The notes under the pieces were generated by a model that saw only the letters and a program-made list of their open reading frames with translations, made no database searches and was not told the origin of the DNA. A DNA stretch of 64,000 nt from Escherichia coli (lineage in GTDB: Bacteria; Pseudomonadota; Gammaproteobacteria; Enterobacterales; Enterobacteriaceae): NCBI RefSeq assembly GCF_003790525.1, contig NZ_CP033635.1; one strand, given 5' to 3'. Both the position numbers and the translations under genes were made by a program. Shown one piece after another: positions 21,325 to 36,174 of this stretch; positions within the stretch are counted from its first letter, which is position 1; each line of letters starts with the position of its first letter.

Positions 21325-21930
21325 ATGACGCTCTACCAGATAAAACCGCTCTTTCAGTCGCTGTTAAGGCCGACGATGTTTTGGCTTAATAAGCACCATG
21401 TTACAGCGAATCACATCACTCTTGCTGCACTGGCGCTTTCTCTTCTTACCGGATTGCTGTTGATGTTGGTGGCACAACCCATCCTCTTTTTGCTATTGCC
21501 TATCGTGCTTTTTATCCGTATGGCGCTCAATGCGCTGGATGGCATGATGGCGCGTGAGTGCAATCAGCAAACACGTCTTGGGGCGATTTTGAATGAAACT
21601 GGCGATGTTATTTCCGATATTGCGCTTTATTTACCGTTTTTATTTTTACCGGAAAGTAACGCATCACTCGTAATACTCATGTTATTTTGCACCATATTAA
21701 CTGAGTTTTGCGGTTTACTCGCGCAGACGATTAACGGTATTCGCAGTTATGCCGGTCCATTCGGCAAAAGCGATCGTGCGTTAATATTTGGGTTGTGGGG
21801 GCTGGCTGTTGCCATTTATCCACAGTGGATGCAATGGAATAATCTTTTATGGAGCATTGCTTCAATTTTGCTTCTCTGGACTGCGATTAATCGTTGTCGA
21901 AGTGTGCTCCTGATGAGTGCTGAAAGATAA
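21325..21930 (+). CDS. ynbA: CDP-alcohol phosphatidyltransferase-family membrane protein
   Basis: ORF track 21319..21930; start chosen at the MTLYQIKPLF Met to give 201 aa; motif DGMMARE...GDVISD resembles the CDP-alcohol phosphatidyltransferase signature. Confidence 0.8.
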   Translation: MTLYQIKPLFQSLLRPTMFWLNKHHVTANHITLAALALSLLTGLLLMLVAQPILFLLLPIVLFIRMALNALDGMMARECNQQTRLGAILNETGDVISDIALYLPFLFLPESNASLVILMLFCTILTEFCGLLAQTINGIRSYAGPFGKSDRALIFGLWGLAVAIYPQWMQWNNLLWSIASILLLWTAINRCRSVLLMSAER

Positions 21931-22826
21931 TGCTGGAAAAATCTCTGGCAACACTTTTCGCGTTGTTAATTTTAGCAACGCTGATAAACCGTTTTCTGAT
22001 ATGGCGGTTACCGGAGGGAAAAGGGGGTGAGGTTACATTACGTATTCGTACCTGGTGGGGCATCGTCATTTGTTTTTCAATGGTGATTTCAGGTCCACGC
22101 TGGATGACGTTGACGTTTTTTGCGCTGATAAGTTTTCTGGCATTGAAAGAATATTGTACGCTTATATCCGTACATTTTCCGCGTTGGTTATATTGGGGTA
22201 TTCCTCTTAACTATTTGCTTATCGGTTTTAATTGCTTTGAGCTGTTTCTGTTATTTATACCTTTGGCTGGGTTTCTGATATTAGCCACCTGGCGAGTTTT
22301 AGTGGGTGACCCCTCTGGTTTTCTGCATACCGTGAGTGCCATTTTTTGTGGCTGGATAATGACCGTTTTCGCCTTGAGTCATGCCGCCTGGTTATTAATG
22401 TTGCCAACCACAAATATCCAGGGCGGGGCGTTACTGGTGTTATTTCTTTTGGCGTTAACCGAGTCAAACGATATTGCACAGTATTTATGGGGAAAATCCT
22501 GCGGCAGAAGAAAAGTGGTCCCCAAAGTCAGCCCGGGAAAAACACTGGAAGGTCTGATGGGCGGCGTAATCACCACCATGATAGCGTCGATGATCATTGG
22601 ACCGTTATTGACACCCTTAAACGCCTGGCAGGCATTATTGGCGGGGTTACTGATTGGGGTAAGTGGTTTTTGCGGCGATGTAGTGATGTCAGCCATCAAA
22701 CGAGATATTGGTGTTAAAGATAGTGGAAAACTATTACCAGGACATGGCGGACTCCTTGACAGGATTGACTCATTAATTTTCACCGCTCCGGTATTTTTTT
22801 ATTTTATTCGCTACTGCTGTTACTGA
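21930..22826 (+). CDS. ynbB: CdsA-like phosphatidate cytidylyltransferase-family membrane protein
   Basis: 298-aa polytopic ORF; start overlaps the ynbA stop (TAATG); C-terminal region resembles CdsA. Confidence 0.8.
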   Translation: MLEKSLATLFALLILATLINRFLIWRLPEGKGGEVTLRIRTWWGIVICFSMVISGPRWMTLTFFALISFLALKEYCTLISVHFPRWLYWGIPLNYLLIGFNCFELFLLFIPLAGFLILATWRVLVGDPSGFLHTVSAIFCGWIMTVFALSHAAWLLMLPTTNIQGGALLVLFLLALTESNDIAQYLWGKSCGRRKVVPKVSPGKTLEGLMGGVITTMIASMIIGPLLTPLNAWQALLAGLLIGVSGFCGDVVMSAIKRDIGVKDSGKLLPGHGGLLDRIDSLIFTAPVFFYFIRYCCY

Positions 22827-22841
22827 AGGAAAATAGAGAAA

Positions 22842-25905
<3,064 letters not shown>

Positions 25906-25958
25906 GCGGATTGAGATGTGGACTGAATATCTACAGTCCACATCAAAATAGTGTCCGG

Positions 25959-26573
<615 letters not shown>

Positions 26574-26764
26574 TTATAGATGTTTGAATGGGCGATGCCC
26601 CGTTGCTTGTTGACACTTTATTCACAATCCTGCCACAGAGATAGCGCAATAAATCGAAGCCTATGTTCGAATTTATTGAACAACGCATAGAAAGCCGCGA
26701 TGTGGTACTCTACATCTATCATTTAAAAGAAAATTAATCAGGCAGCCTACTGCCCACTAACGTT

Positions 26765-29700
26765 ATGACAGAACAACAAAAATTGACCTTTACGGCCTTG
26801 CAGCAACGGTTGGATTCGCTGATGCTGCGTGACAGACTGCGTTTTTCCCGCCGTCTGCACGGCGTGAAGAAGGTTAAAAATCCTGATGCACAACAGGCCA
26901 TTTTCCAGGAGATGGCGAAAGAGATTGACCAGGCGGCAGGGAAAGTCCTGCTGCGTGAAGCAGTACGACCGGAAATCACTTATCCAGACAATTTGCCGGT
27001 TAGTCAGAAAAAGCAGGACATTCTCGAAGCAATCCGTGATCACCAGGTGGTGATCGTCGCCGGGGAAACGGGTTCCGGTAAAACGACTCAGCTACCGAAA
27101 ATCTGTATGGAACTGGGCCGCGGGATTAAAGGGCTGATCGGCCATACCCAGCCGCGTCGTCTGGCGGCACGAACGGTGGCGAACCGTATTGCGGAAGAGC
27201 TGAAAACGGAGCCGGGCGGTTGCATCGGGTATAAAGTGCGTTTCAGCGATCACGTAAGTGATAACACGATGGTCAAGCTGATGACCGACGGTATCCTGCT
27301 GGCGGAGATCCAGCAAGACCGCCTGCTGATGCAGTACGACACTATCATTATTGACGAAGCGCACGAACGCAGCCTGAATATCGATTTTCTGCTCGGCTAT
27401 TTGAAAGAGTTGCTGCCGCGGCGTCCTGACTTAAAAATCATTATCACTTCCGCGACTATCGACCCGGAACGCTTTTCGCGCCACTTTAATAATGCGCCGA
27501 TTATCGAAGTCTCCGGTCGGACCTATCCGGTGGAAGTGCGCTATCGCCCGATCGTTGAAGAAGCTGATGACACCGAGCGCGATCAGTTGCAGGCGATTTT
27601 TGACGCCGTAGACGAACTGAGCCAGGAAAGCCCTGGCGACATTCTGATCTTTATGAGCGGTGAGCGGGAAATTCGCGATACCGCCGATGCGCTGAACAAG
27701 CTAAATCTGCGGCATACCGAAATCTTGCCGCTTTATGCGCGGCTTTCGAACAGCGAACAGAACCGCGTGTTCCAGTCGCACAGTGGACGGCGCATTGTGC
27801 TGGCGACCAACGTCGCGGAAACCTCGCTGACCGTACCGGGTATTAAATACGTTATCGACCCCGGTACAGCGCGTATCAGCCGCTACAGCTATCGCACCAA
27901 AGTGCAGCGTTTGCCGATTGAGCCCATTTCGCAGGCTTCAGCTAATCAGCGTAAAGGCCGCTGTGGTCGTGTGTCCGAAGGGATCTGTATTCGTCTCTAT
28001 TCCGAAGACGATTTCCTTTCGCGCCCGGAATTTACCGATCCGGAGATTCTGCGTACCAACCTGGCCTCGGTTATTTTGCAGATGACTGCGCTGGGGCTGG
28101 GCGATATCGCTGCGTTCCCGTTTGTTGAAGCACCGGATAAACGCAATATCCAGGATGGCGTGCGTCTGCTCGAAGAACTGGGCGCGATCACCACGGATGA
28201 ACAGGCCAGCGCCTATAAACTGACGCCGCTCGGTCGCCAGCTTTCGCAATTGCCTGTCGATCCTCGTCTGGCGCGTATGGTGCTGGAAGCGCAGAAACAT
28301 GGCTGCGTGCGTGAGGCGATGATTATCACGTCCGCGCTCTCCATTCAGGATCCGCGCGAGCGTCCGATGGATAAACAGCAGGCATCGGACGAAAAACATC
28401 GTCGCTTCCACGACAAAGAATCCGACTTCCTCGCGTTTGTAAATCTGTGGAATTATCTTGGCGAGCAGCAAAAGGCGCTTTCTTCCAACGCCTTCCGTCG
28501 CCTGTGTCGTACCGATTATCTCAACTATCTGCGCGTGCGCGAATGGCAGGATATCTACACCCAGTTGCGTCAGGTAGTGAAAGAACTTGGCATTCCGGTT
28601 AACAGCGAACCGGCGGAGTATCGCGAAATTCACATCGCCTTACTGACCGGTTTGCTTTCCCATATCGGCATGAAAGATGCCGATAAACAAGAATATACCG
28701 GCGCACGTAACGCGCGTTTCTCCATTTTCCCCGGTTCCGGCTTATTTAAAAAGCCGCCGAAATGGGTAATGGTGGCGGAACTGGTAGAAACCAGCCGCCT
28801 GTGGGGGCGCATTGCTGCGCGTATCGACCCGGAATGGGTAGAACCCGTTGCTCAGCATTTGATTAAACGCACCTACAGCGAACCGCACTGGGAACGGGCG
28901 CAGGGCGCGGTGATGGCAACGGAAAAAGTCACTGTTTATGGTTTGCCGATTGTTGCTGCGCGCAAGGTCAACTACAGCCAGATCGATCCGGCGTTATGTC
29001 GTGAACTCTTTATTCGCCACGCTCTGGTGGAAGGTGACTGGCAGACGCGTCACGCATTCTTCCGTGAAAACCTGAAACTGCGGGCCGAAGTGGAAGAGCT
29101 GGAACACAAATCACGTCGCCGCGATATTCTGGTTGATGACGAAACGTTGTTTGAGTTCTACGACCAGCGCATCCGCCACGATGTAATCTCCGCTCGTCAC
29201 TTCGATAGCTGGTGGAAAAAAGTCAGCCGCGAAACGCCTGATTTGCTCAACTTTGAAAAGAGCATGTTGATCAAAGAAGGGGCGGAAAAAATCAGCAAGC
29301 TGGATTATCCGAACTTCTGGCATCAGGGCAATCTCAAGCTGCGTTTGAGCTATCAGTTTGAGCCCGGCGCGGATGCTGACGGTGTGACTGTGCATATCCC
29401 GCTGCCGCGGCTTAATCAGGTAGAAGAGAGCGGGTTTGAATGGCAAATCCCCGGCCTGCGCCGCGAACTGGTGATTGCTCTGATTAAATCGTTGCCGAAA
29501 CCGGTACGCCGTAATTTTGTACCTGCGCCAAACTATGCCGAAGCGTTTTTAGGCCGCGTCAAACCGCTGGAGTTACCGTTGCTCGACAGTCTTGAGCGCG
29601 AGTTACGGCGGATGACCGGTGTTACCGTTGACCGCGAAGACTGGCACTGGGATCAGGTGCCTGATCACCTGAAAATCACCTTCCGCGTGGTGGATGACAA

Positions 29701-30667
29701 AAACAAGAAGCTAAAAGAAGGGCGCTCATTACAGGATCTGAAAGATGCGCTGAAAGGCAAAGTGCAGGAAACGCTGTCTGCGGTGGCGGATGACGGTATC
29801 GAGCAGAGCGGCTTACATATCTGGAGTTTTGGTCAGCTGCCGGAAAGCTACGAACAGAAGCGTGGCAACTATAAAGTGAAGGCGTGGCCAGCGCTGGTGG
29901 ATGAACGCGACAGTGTGGCAATCAAATTGTTTGATAATCCGCTGGAACAAAAGCAGGCAATGTGGAACGGTCTTCGCCGTCTACTGCTGCTGAATATTCC
30001 ATCGCCGATCAAATATTTGCATGAAAAGTTACCGAACAAAGCCAAGCTGGGGCTGTACTTTAACCCGTATGGCAAAGTGCTGGAGCTGATCGACGACTGT
30101 ATCTCCTGCGGGGTGGATCAACTGATCGACGCCAATGGTGGCCCGGTCTGGACGGAAGAAGGCTTTGCTGCGCTGCATGAAAAAGTCCGTGCTGAACTGA
30201 ACGACACGGTGGTGGATATTGCGAAGCAGGTCGAGCAAATCCTCACTGCGGTGTTCAATATCAATAAACGTCTGAAAGGGCGGGTGGATATGACTATGGC
30301 GCTGGGGCTTTCTGACATTAAAGCGCAGATGGGCGGGTTGGTATATCGCGGTTTTGTCACTGGTAACGGCTTCAAACGGTTGGGCGACACGCTGCGTTAT
30401 TTGCAGGCGATTGAAAAACGACTGGAAAAACTGGCGGTTGATCCGCATCGTGACCGTGCTCAGATGCTGAAAGTCGAAAACGTCCAGCAGGCGTGGCAGC
30501 AATGGATCAACAAACTGCCGCCCGCACGTCGTGAGGATGAAGACGTGAAAGAGATCCGTTGGATGATAGAAGAGTTGCGCGTTAGTTACTTCGCTCAACA
30601 ACTTGGTACGCCTTATCCGATTTCAGATAAGCGTATTTTGCAGGCGATGGAGCAGATTAGCGGTTAA
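26765..30667 (+). CDS. hrpA: ATP-dependent DEAH-box RNA helicase HrpA
   Basis: 1300-aa ORF; Walker A GETGSGKTTQLP and DEAH box (IIIDEAHERS). Confidence 0.95.
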   Translation: MTEQQKLTFTALQQRLDSLMLRDRLRFSRRLHGVKKVKNPDAQQAIFQEMAKEIDQAAGKVLLREAVRPEITYPDNLPVSQKKQDILEAIRDHQVVIVAGETGSGKTTQLPKICMELGRGIKGLIGHTQPRRLAARTVANRIAEELKTEPGGCIGYKVRFSDHVSDNTMVKLMTDGILLAEIQQDRLLMQYDTIIIDEAHERSLNIDFLLGYLKELLPRRPDLKIIITSATIDPERFSRHFNNAPIIEVSGRTYPVEVRYRPIVEEADDTERDQLQAIFDAVDELSQESPGDILIFMSGEREIRDTADALNKLNLRHTEILPLYARLSNSEQNRVFQSHSGRRIVLATNVAETSLTVPGIKYVIDPGTARISRYSYRTKVQRLPIEPISQASANQRKGRCGRVSEGICIRLYSEDDFLSRPEFTDPEILRTNLASVILQMTALGLGDIAAFPFVEAPDKRNIQDGVRLLEELGAITTDEQASAYKLTPLGRQLSQLPVDPRLARMVLEAQKHGCVREAMIITSALSIQDPRERPMDKQQASDEKHRRFHDKESDFLAFVNLWNYLGEQQKALSSNAFRRLCRTDYLNYLRVREWQDIYTQLRQVVKELGIPVNSEPAEYREIHIALLTGLLSHIGMKDADKQEYTGARNARFSIFPGSGLFKKPPKWVMVAELVETSRLWGRIAARIDPEWVEPVAQHLIKRTYSEPHWERAQGAVMATEKVTVYGLPIVAARKVNYSQIDPALCRELFIRHALVEGDWQTRHAFFRENLKLRAEVEELEHKSRRRDILVDDETLFEFYDQRIRHDVISARHFDSWWKKVSRETPDLLNFEKSMLIKEGAEKISKLDYPNFWHQGNLKLRLSYQFEPGADADGVTVHIPLPRLNQVEESGFEWQIPGLRRELVIALIKSLPKPVRRNFVPAPNYAEAFLGRVKPLELPLLDSLERELRRMTGVTVDREDWHWDQVPDHLKITFRVVDDKNKKLKEGRSLQDLKDALKGKVQETLSAVADDGIEQSGLHIWSFGQLPESYEQKRGNYKVKAWPALVDERDSVAIKLFDNPLEQKQAMWNGLRRLLLLNIPSPIKYLHEKLPNKAKLGLYFNPYGKVLELIDDCISCGVDQLIDANGGPVWTEEGFAALHEKVRAELNDTVVDIAKQVEQILTAVFNINKRLKGRVDMTMALGLSDIKAQMGGLVYRGFVTGNGFKRLGDTLRYLQAIEKRLEKLAVDPHRDRAQMLKVENVQQAWQQWINKLPPARREDEDVKEIRWMIEELRVSYFAQQLGTPYPISDKRILQAMEQISG

Positions 30668-30693
30668 CACTGCTATTTGCCTGATAAATCTAA

Positions 30694-30726
30694 AACCCGG
30701 TAAGCATTTAGCGCCGGGTTTTTTAT
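30694..30726 (+). terminator. intrinsic terminator of hrpA
   Basis: cccgg...ccggg hairpin followed by TTTTTT about 25 nt after the hrpA stop. Confidence 0.7.
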
Positions 30727-30939
30727 TAATTCTAAAAACGGTATGGGAAAAAATTCAGGAGTTCAGAAAAATACAATTCTCTGCTGCAAGATGAATAATG
30801 TTTATCTACAGCATTTCCTTAAAAGATATGTCAGGCTTGCGGAGTGGTAGTTAAGGAAATACGACTTCCTCCTTTCAGAGTGCTCCGCTTCTCACTATTA
30901 TCTCACGCAGTATTCTTAAGGGAACGATAAGGAGGAACC

Positions 30940-31740
30940 ATGAACATTACCCCGTTTCCGACGCTTTCGCCGGCAACCATAGATGCCATAAATGTTATCG
31001 GTCAGTGGCTGGCGCAGGATGATTTCTCCGGTGAGGTGCCGTATCAGGCCGATTGCGTGATCCTTGCAGGCAATGCGGTTATGCCGACTATCGATGCGGC
31101 ATGTAAGATTGCCCGCGATCAGCAAATTCCTTTACTGATTAGTGGTGGTATCGGTCACTCGACAACTTTTTTGTATAGCGCCATCGCACAGCATCCGCAC
31201 TACAACACTATCCGCACCACTGGCAGAGCTGAAGCTACCATCCTGGCGGATATCGCTCATCAGTTCTGGCACATTCCGCATGAAAAAATCTGGATTGAAG
31301 ACCAGTCAACAAACTGCGGTGAAAACGCACGCTTTAGCATCGCGCTATTGAATCAGGCCGTAGAACGAGTTCACACAGCTATCGTTGTTCAGGACCCCAC
31401 CATGCAGCGGCGCACGATGGCGACGTTCCGCCGTATGACCGGGGACAATCCCGATGCACCACGCTGGTTAAGTTATCCCGGATTCGTTCCTCAGTTAGGA
31501 AATAACGCAGACAGTGTAATCTTTATTAATCAGTTACAAGGATTATGGCCGGTTGAGCGTTATCTATCACTACTCACTGGCGAGCTGCCGCGTTTACACG
31601 ATGATAGCGATGGCTACGGTCCCCGCGGGCGAGATTTTATCGTTCACGTTGATTTTCCGGCAGAAGTCATCCAGGCATGGCAAACGCTGAAACACGATGC
31701 GGTGCTCATCGAGGCGATGGAAAGTCGCTCGTTACGTTAA
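30940..31740 (+). CDS. ydcF: DUF218-family protein
   Basis: 266-aa ORF starting [24 protein letters not shown]; position after hrpA as in K-12. Confidence 0.85.
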   Translation: MNITPFPTLSPATIDAINVIGQWLAQDDFSGEVPYQADCVILAGNAVMPTIDAACKIARDQQIPLLISGGIGHSTTFLYSAIAQHPHYNTIRTTGRAEATILADIAHQFWHIPHEKIWIEDQSTNCGENARFSIALLNQAVERVHTAIVVQDPTMQRRTMATFRRMTGDNPDAPRWLSYPGFVPQLGNNADSVIFINQLQGLWPVERYLSLLTGELPRLHDDSDGYGPRGRDFIVHVDFPAEVIQAWQTLKHDAVLIEAMESRSLR

Positions 31741-31936
31741 AAATTGCCCGTTTGTGAACCACTTGTTTGCAAACGGGCATAACTCCTGCCTTTTATTTCT
31801 GCCTCTTATTCCTTTTACACTTGTTTTTATGAAGCCCTTCACAGAATTGTCCTTTCATGATGCCGTCTCTCTGATGATTGATGTTAATTAACAATGTATT
31901 TACTAAAAACAAACATATAAATCACAGGAGTCGCTC

Positions 31937-33376
31937 ATGTCAGTACCCGTTCAACATCCTATGTATATTGATGGACAGTTTGTTACCTGGCGTGGAGACG
32001 CATGGATTGATGTGGTAAACCCTGCAACAGAGGCTGTCATTTCCCGCATTCCCGATGGTCAGGCCGAGGATGTCCGTAAGGCAATCGATGCAGCAGAACG
32101 TGCACAACCAGAATGGGAAGCGTTGCCTGCTATTGAACGCGCCAGTTGGTTGCGCAAAATCTCCGCCGGGATCCGCAAACGCGCCAGCGAAATCAGTGCG
32201 CTGATTGTTGAAGAAGGGGGCAAGATCCAGCAGCTGGCTGAAGTCGAAGTGGCTTTTACTGCGGACTATATCGATTACATGGCGGAGTGGGCACGGCGTT
32301 ATGAAGGCGAGATTATTCAAAGCGATCGTCCAGGAGAAAATATTCTTCTGTTTAAACGTGCGCTTGGCGTGACTACCGGCATTCTGCCGTGGAACTTCCC
32401 GTTCTTCCTCATTGCCCGCAAAATGGCCCCCGCTCTTTTGACCGGTAATACCATCGTCATTAAACCCAGTGAATTTACGCCAAACAATGCGATTGCATTC
32501 GCCAAAATTGTCGATGAAATAGGCCTTCCGCGCGGCGTGTTTAACCTTGTTCTGGGGCGTGGTGAAACCGTTGGGCAAGAACTGGCGGGTAACCCAAAGG
32601 TCGCAATGGTCAGTATGACAGGCAGCGTCTCTGCAGGTGAAAAGATTATGGCGACTGCGGCGAAAAACATCACCAAAGTGTGCCTGGAATTGGGGGGTAA
32701 AGCACCGGCTATCGTAATGGACGATGCCGATCTTGAACTGGCAGTCAAAGCCATCGTTGATTCACGCGTTATTAATAGTGGGCAAGTGTGTAACTGTGCA
32801 GAACGTGTTTATGTACAGAAAGGCATTTATGATCAGTTTGTCAATCGGCTGGGTGAAGCGTTGCAGGCGGTTCAATTTGGTAACCCCGCTGAACGCAACG
32901 ACATTGCGATGGGGCCGTTGATTAACGCCGCGGCGCTGGAAAGGGTCGAGCAAAAAGTGGCGCGCGCAGTAGAAGAAGGGGCGAGAGTGGCGTTGGGTGG
33001 CAAAGCGGTAGAGGGGAAAGGATATTATTATCCGCCGACATTGCTGCTGGATGTTCGCCAGGAAATGTCGATTATGCATGAGGAAACCTTTGGCCCGGTT
33101 CTGCCGGTGGTCGCATTTGATACGCTGGAAGAGGCTATCTCAATGGCGAATGATAGTGATTACGGCCTGACCTCATCAATCTATACCCAAAATCTGAACG
33201 TCGCGATGAAAGCCATTAACGGGCTGAAGTTTGGTGAAACTTACATCAACCGTGAAAACTTCGAAGCTATGCAAGGCTTCCACGCCGGATGGCGTAAATC
33301 TGGTATTGGCGGCGCAGATGGTAAACATGGCCTGCATGAATATCTGCAGACCCAGGTGGTTTATTTACAGTCTTAA
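31937..33376 (+). CDS. aldA: lactaldehyde dehydrogenase (NAD-dependent aldehyde dehydrogenase A)
   Basis: 479-aa ORF; aldehyde dehydrogenase family with catalytic Cys in QVCNCAERV. Confidence 0.93.
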   Translation: MSVPVQHPMYIDGQFVTWRGDAWIDVVNPATEAVISRIPDGQAEDVRKAIDAAERAQPEWEALPAIERASWLRKISAGIRKRASEISALIVEEGGKIQQLAEVEVAFTADYIDYMAEWARRYEGEIIQSDRPGENILLFKRALGVTTGILPWNFPFFLIARKMAPALLTGNTIVIKPSEFTPNNAIAFAKIVDEIGLPRGVFNLVLGRGETVGQELAGNPKVAMVSMTGSVSAGEKIMATAAKNITKVCLELGGKAPAIVMDDADLELAVKAIVDSRVINSGQVCNCAERVYVQKGIYDQFVNRLGEALQAVQFGNPAERNDIAMGPLINAAALERVEQKVARAVEEGARVALGGKAVEGKGYYYPPTLLLDVRQEMSIMHEETFGPVLPVVAFDTLEEAISMANDSDYGLTSSIYTQNLNVAMKAINGLKFGETYINRENFEAMQGFHAGWRKSGIGGADGKHGLHEYLQTQVVYLQS

Positions 33377-33386
33377 TGAGTGGAAG

Positions 33387-33409
33387 AGGCGGAGGTTTTT
33401 CCTCCGCCT
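33387..33409. terminator. hairpin between convergent aldA and gapC (possible bidirectional terminator)
   Basis: Perfect inverted repeat aggcggagg ttttt cctccgcct in the 40-nt gap between the two stop codons; no external U-run. Confidence 0.5.
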
Positions 33410-33416
33410 GTGTGCG

Positions 33417-34418
33417 TCAGAGTTTAGCGAATTTTTCGAGGGTGCGAATGAGCTGTGTGACGAAGCCATATTCGTTATCGTACCAGGCGACCGTTTTCAC
33501 CAGTTGTAAATCGCCCACGGCGGTAATTTCCGTTTGCGTGGCATCAAACACCGAACCGAAATGGCTGCCAATGATATCGGAAGAGACTATTTCTTCATCG
33601 GTATAACCAAATGACTCGTTATTGGTGGTTGCTTGTTTAAGTGCGTTATTCACCTCTTCGGCAGTCACTTTTTTTCCGAGAATGGACACCAGCTCAGTGA
33701 CCGAACCTGTTTTCACCGGCACGCGTTGCGCATGACCTTTCAGTTTGCCGCTCAGTTCCGGGATCACCAGACCAATGGCTTTTGCCGCACCTGTAGTGTG
33801 GGGAATGATATTTTCTGCCGCTGCACGTGAAGCGCGTAGATCTTTACCTCGCGGACCATCCACCAGTGACTGAGTGCCGGTATAGGCATGAATGGTCGTC
33901 ATCGTGCCGACTTCTATTCCGAAACTGTCGTGCAAGGCTTTGGCCATCGGTGCAAGACAGTTAGTGGTGCATGACGCCACGGAAACAATGGTGTCGTTGC
34001 CATCCAGTGTGTCGTCATTGACGTTATAAACGATGGTTTTCATTTCACCGGCAGGGGCGGAAATCAACACCTTCTTCGCACCAGCATCAAGGTGCGCCTG
34101 CGATTTCTCGGCGGAGGTATAAAAGCCAGTACATTCGACAATGATTTCTGCGCCTTTCGCTTTCCATGGAATATTTTTAGCCTCTTTTTCGGCGTAAACC
34201 GCGATACTTTTTCCATCAACGATAAGTGAATCTTCCGTAAAATCAACGCTCCAGGGGAACGGTCCGTAGTTTGAATCATGTTTCAACAGGTAGGCGAGAA
34301 TTTTTGGGGAAGTGAGATCATTAATAGCAACAATGTCTATGTTGCTTTTGACTTCAAGTAATCGACGCAACACCAGTCGACCGATACGACCAAAACCGTT
34401 AATACCAACTTTACTCAT
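33417..34418 (-). CDS. gapC: glyceraldehyde-3-phosphate dehydrogenase paralogue, intact ORF
   Basis: 333-aa uninterrupted ORF; NAD-binding [10 protein letters not shown] and active-site SCTTNCLAP present. Confidence 0.88.
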   Translation of the reverse strand: MSKVGINGFGRIGRLVLRRLLEVKSNIDIVAINDLTSPKILAYLLKHDSNYGPFPWSVDFTEDSLIVDGKSIAVYAEKEAKNIPWKAKGAEIIVECTGFYTSAEKSQAHLDAGAKKVLISAPAGEMKTIVYNVNDDTLDGNDTIVSVASCTTNCLAPMAKALHDSFGIEVGTMTTIHAYTGTQSLVDGPRGKDLRASRAAAENIIPHTTGAAKAIGLVIPELSGKLKGHAQRVPVKTGSVTELVSILGKKVTAEEVNNALKQATTNNESFGYTDEEIVSSDIIGSHFGSVFDATQTEITAVGDLQLVKTVAWYDNEYGFVTQLIRTLEKFAKL

Positions 34419-34606
34419 GGTCTTCTCCTGTCAGGAACGTTCGGATGAAAATTGATCCTTTCCAGGCTTAGACCAGGATGGCGGGATGGGCAATCTACAT
34501 TCTTGCCGTGAAACGTAACGTACTGAAAACGGGTGAACAATATTTAATGAAATTTTAAGAAAAGCTCGTTATGTTAACGGAAAATTATGTTAAAGCAGGA
34601 AATGTT

Positions 34607-35137
34607 ATGGAAAGTAAATATTCAAGGTTACAAATCGGCATTCACTGGCTGGTCTTTTTGCTGGTTATCGCAGCGTATTGCGCAATGGAGTTTCGTGGTT
34701 TTTTCCCACGTGGCGATAGGCCGCTTATCAACATGATTCATGTTTCCTGTGGCATCTCAATTCTCGTGCTGATGGTTGTTCGTCTTTTGTTAAGGCTTAA
34801 ATACCCAACTCCGCCGATTGTACCTAAACCAAAACCGATGATGACGGGACTGGCGCATTTGGGACATTTGGTGATCTATCTCCTGTTTATTGCGCTGCCA
34901 GTGATTGGTTTGGTGATGATGTATAACCGGGGCAACCCGTGGTCTGCGTTTGGTATGACAATGCCTTATGCAGCAGAGGCCAATTTCGAACGGGTTGATA
35001 GCTTAAAGTGGTGGCATGAGACGCTGGCGAATCTGGGATATTTTGTCATCGGGTTGCACGCTGCGGCTGCACTGGCACACCACTATTTCTGGAAGGACAA
35101 CACACTTCTACGCATGATGCCGCGTAAACGTTCCTGA
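34607..35137 (+). CDS. cybB: cytochrome b561 (superoxide oxidase)
   Basis: ORF track 34571..35137; start chosen at MESKYSRLQIGIHW to give 176 aa; polytopic with conserved His residues. Confidence 0.85.
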   Translation: MESKYSRLQIGIHWLVFLLVIAAYCAMEFRGFFPRGDRPLINMIHVSCGISILVLMVVRLLLRLKYPTPPIVPKPKPMMTGLAHLGHLVIYLLFIALPVIGLVMMYNRGNPWSAFGMTMPYAAEANFERVDSLKWWHETLANLGYFVIGLHAAAALAHHYFWKDNTLLRMMPRKRS

Positions 35138-35146
35138 AGGATATTT

Positions 35147-35211
35147 AAAGAAAACGCCTGTACTAAAACCGACCCGTGGTACAGGCGAAGAATACGGGTC
35201 TACATCGGAAG
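35147..35211 (-). ncRNA. rydC: RydC small RNA
   Basis: Reverse complement reads cttccgatgtagacccgtattcttcgcctgtaccacgggtcggttttagtacaggcgttttctt, matching RydC as I remember it; lies in the cybB–ydcA intergenic region. Confidence 0.75.
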
Positions 35212-35381
35212 CGCCTATTATATTTATTTGTATGACAAATAAAACCATAATCCTGGTCCATACGTCCATCTGGCTTATCTTTAATCAATTCACCCGATCT
35301 TTGATCTCATCAACGGTATCAAAATAAACCAGCGTATAACGTTCAAATCGAACATAAGATTCGATAAACCATGGAGGTTAT

Positions 35382-35555
35382 ATGAAAAAACTGGCACTTA
35401 TCTTGGTTATAGGAGCGCTTGTTTCCTTTTATGCCGATGCCGGGCGCAAACCCTGTTCTGGTTCGAAAGGGGGGATCTCACACTGTACGGCAGGCGGCAA
35501 ATTTGTCTGTAATGATGGTTCTATTAGTGCATCGAAAAAAACATGCACTAACTGA
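35382..35555 (+). CDS. ydcA: small secreted protein YdcA
   Basis: 57-codon ORF MKKLALILVIGALVSFYADAGRKPCSGSKGG...SKKTCTN with good RBS (ggagg); below the 60-aa track threshold. Confidence 0.8.
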   Translation: MKKLALILVIGALVSFYADAGRKPCSGSKGGISHCTAGGKFVCNDGSISASKKTCTN

Positions 35556-35627
35556 AGTGTAAAAGGGGTGCCATGAGAAAATGAATCTGCTAGTCAGATG
35601 CGCGGGGAAAATCCCCGCGCTTGCCCT

Positions 35628-35860
<233 letters not shown>

Positions 35861-36174
35861 TGGTCGGGGCCTTCGTCTTTCTGATTCCCGGTTAGCCTGA
35901 AAACAGAAAGTCTCAGGCACCCGTGAGCATCCTATGTGGTTTCCTTAAGGACGAAAATAATCACCTGACGAAATTGCGTGCTGTTTTCCAGAATTTTTCG
36001 TCATTCGGTTTAGCCAGTTTAATCATTCGTTACTCTCTTCATTCCAATGGCATTATTCTTCTCTGCCATAATTGTTGTAAAAATGTGACGCAAAGAGGTT
36101 TTTGGTCGTAAGAAATTACCGTCAAGTGCCGATGACTTTCTATCAGGAGTAAACCTGGAAGAGAGACAACGGTA

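Noticed and set aside
33376-33606. 76-aa plus-strand ORF overlapping the aldA stop and gapC 3' end
   Set aside because: Lies antisense to the gapC C-terminus and across the terminator hairpin; no supporting signal.
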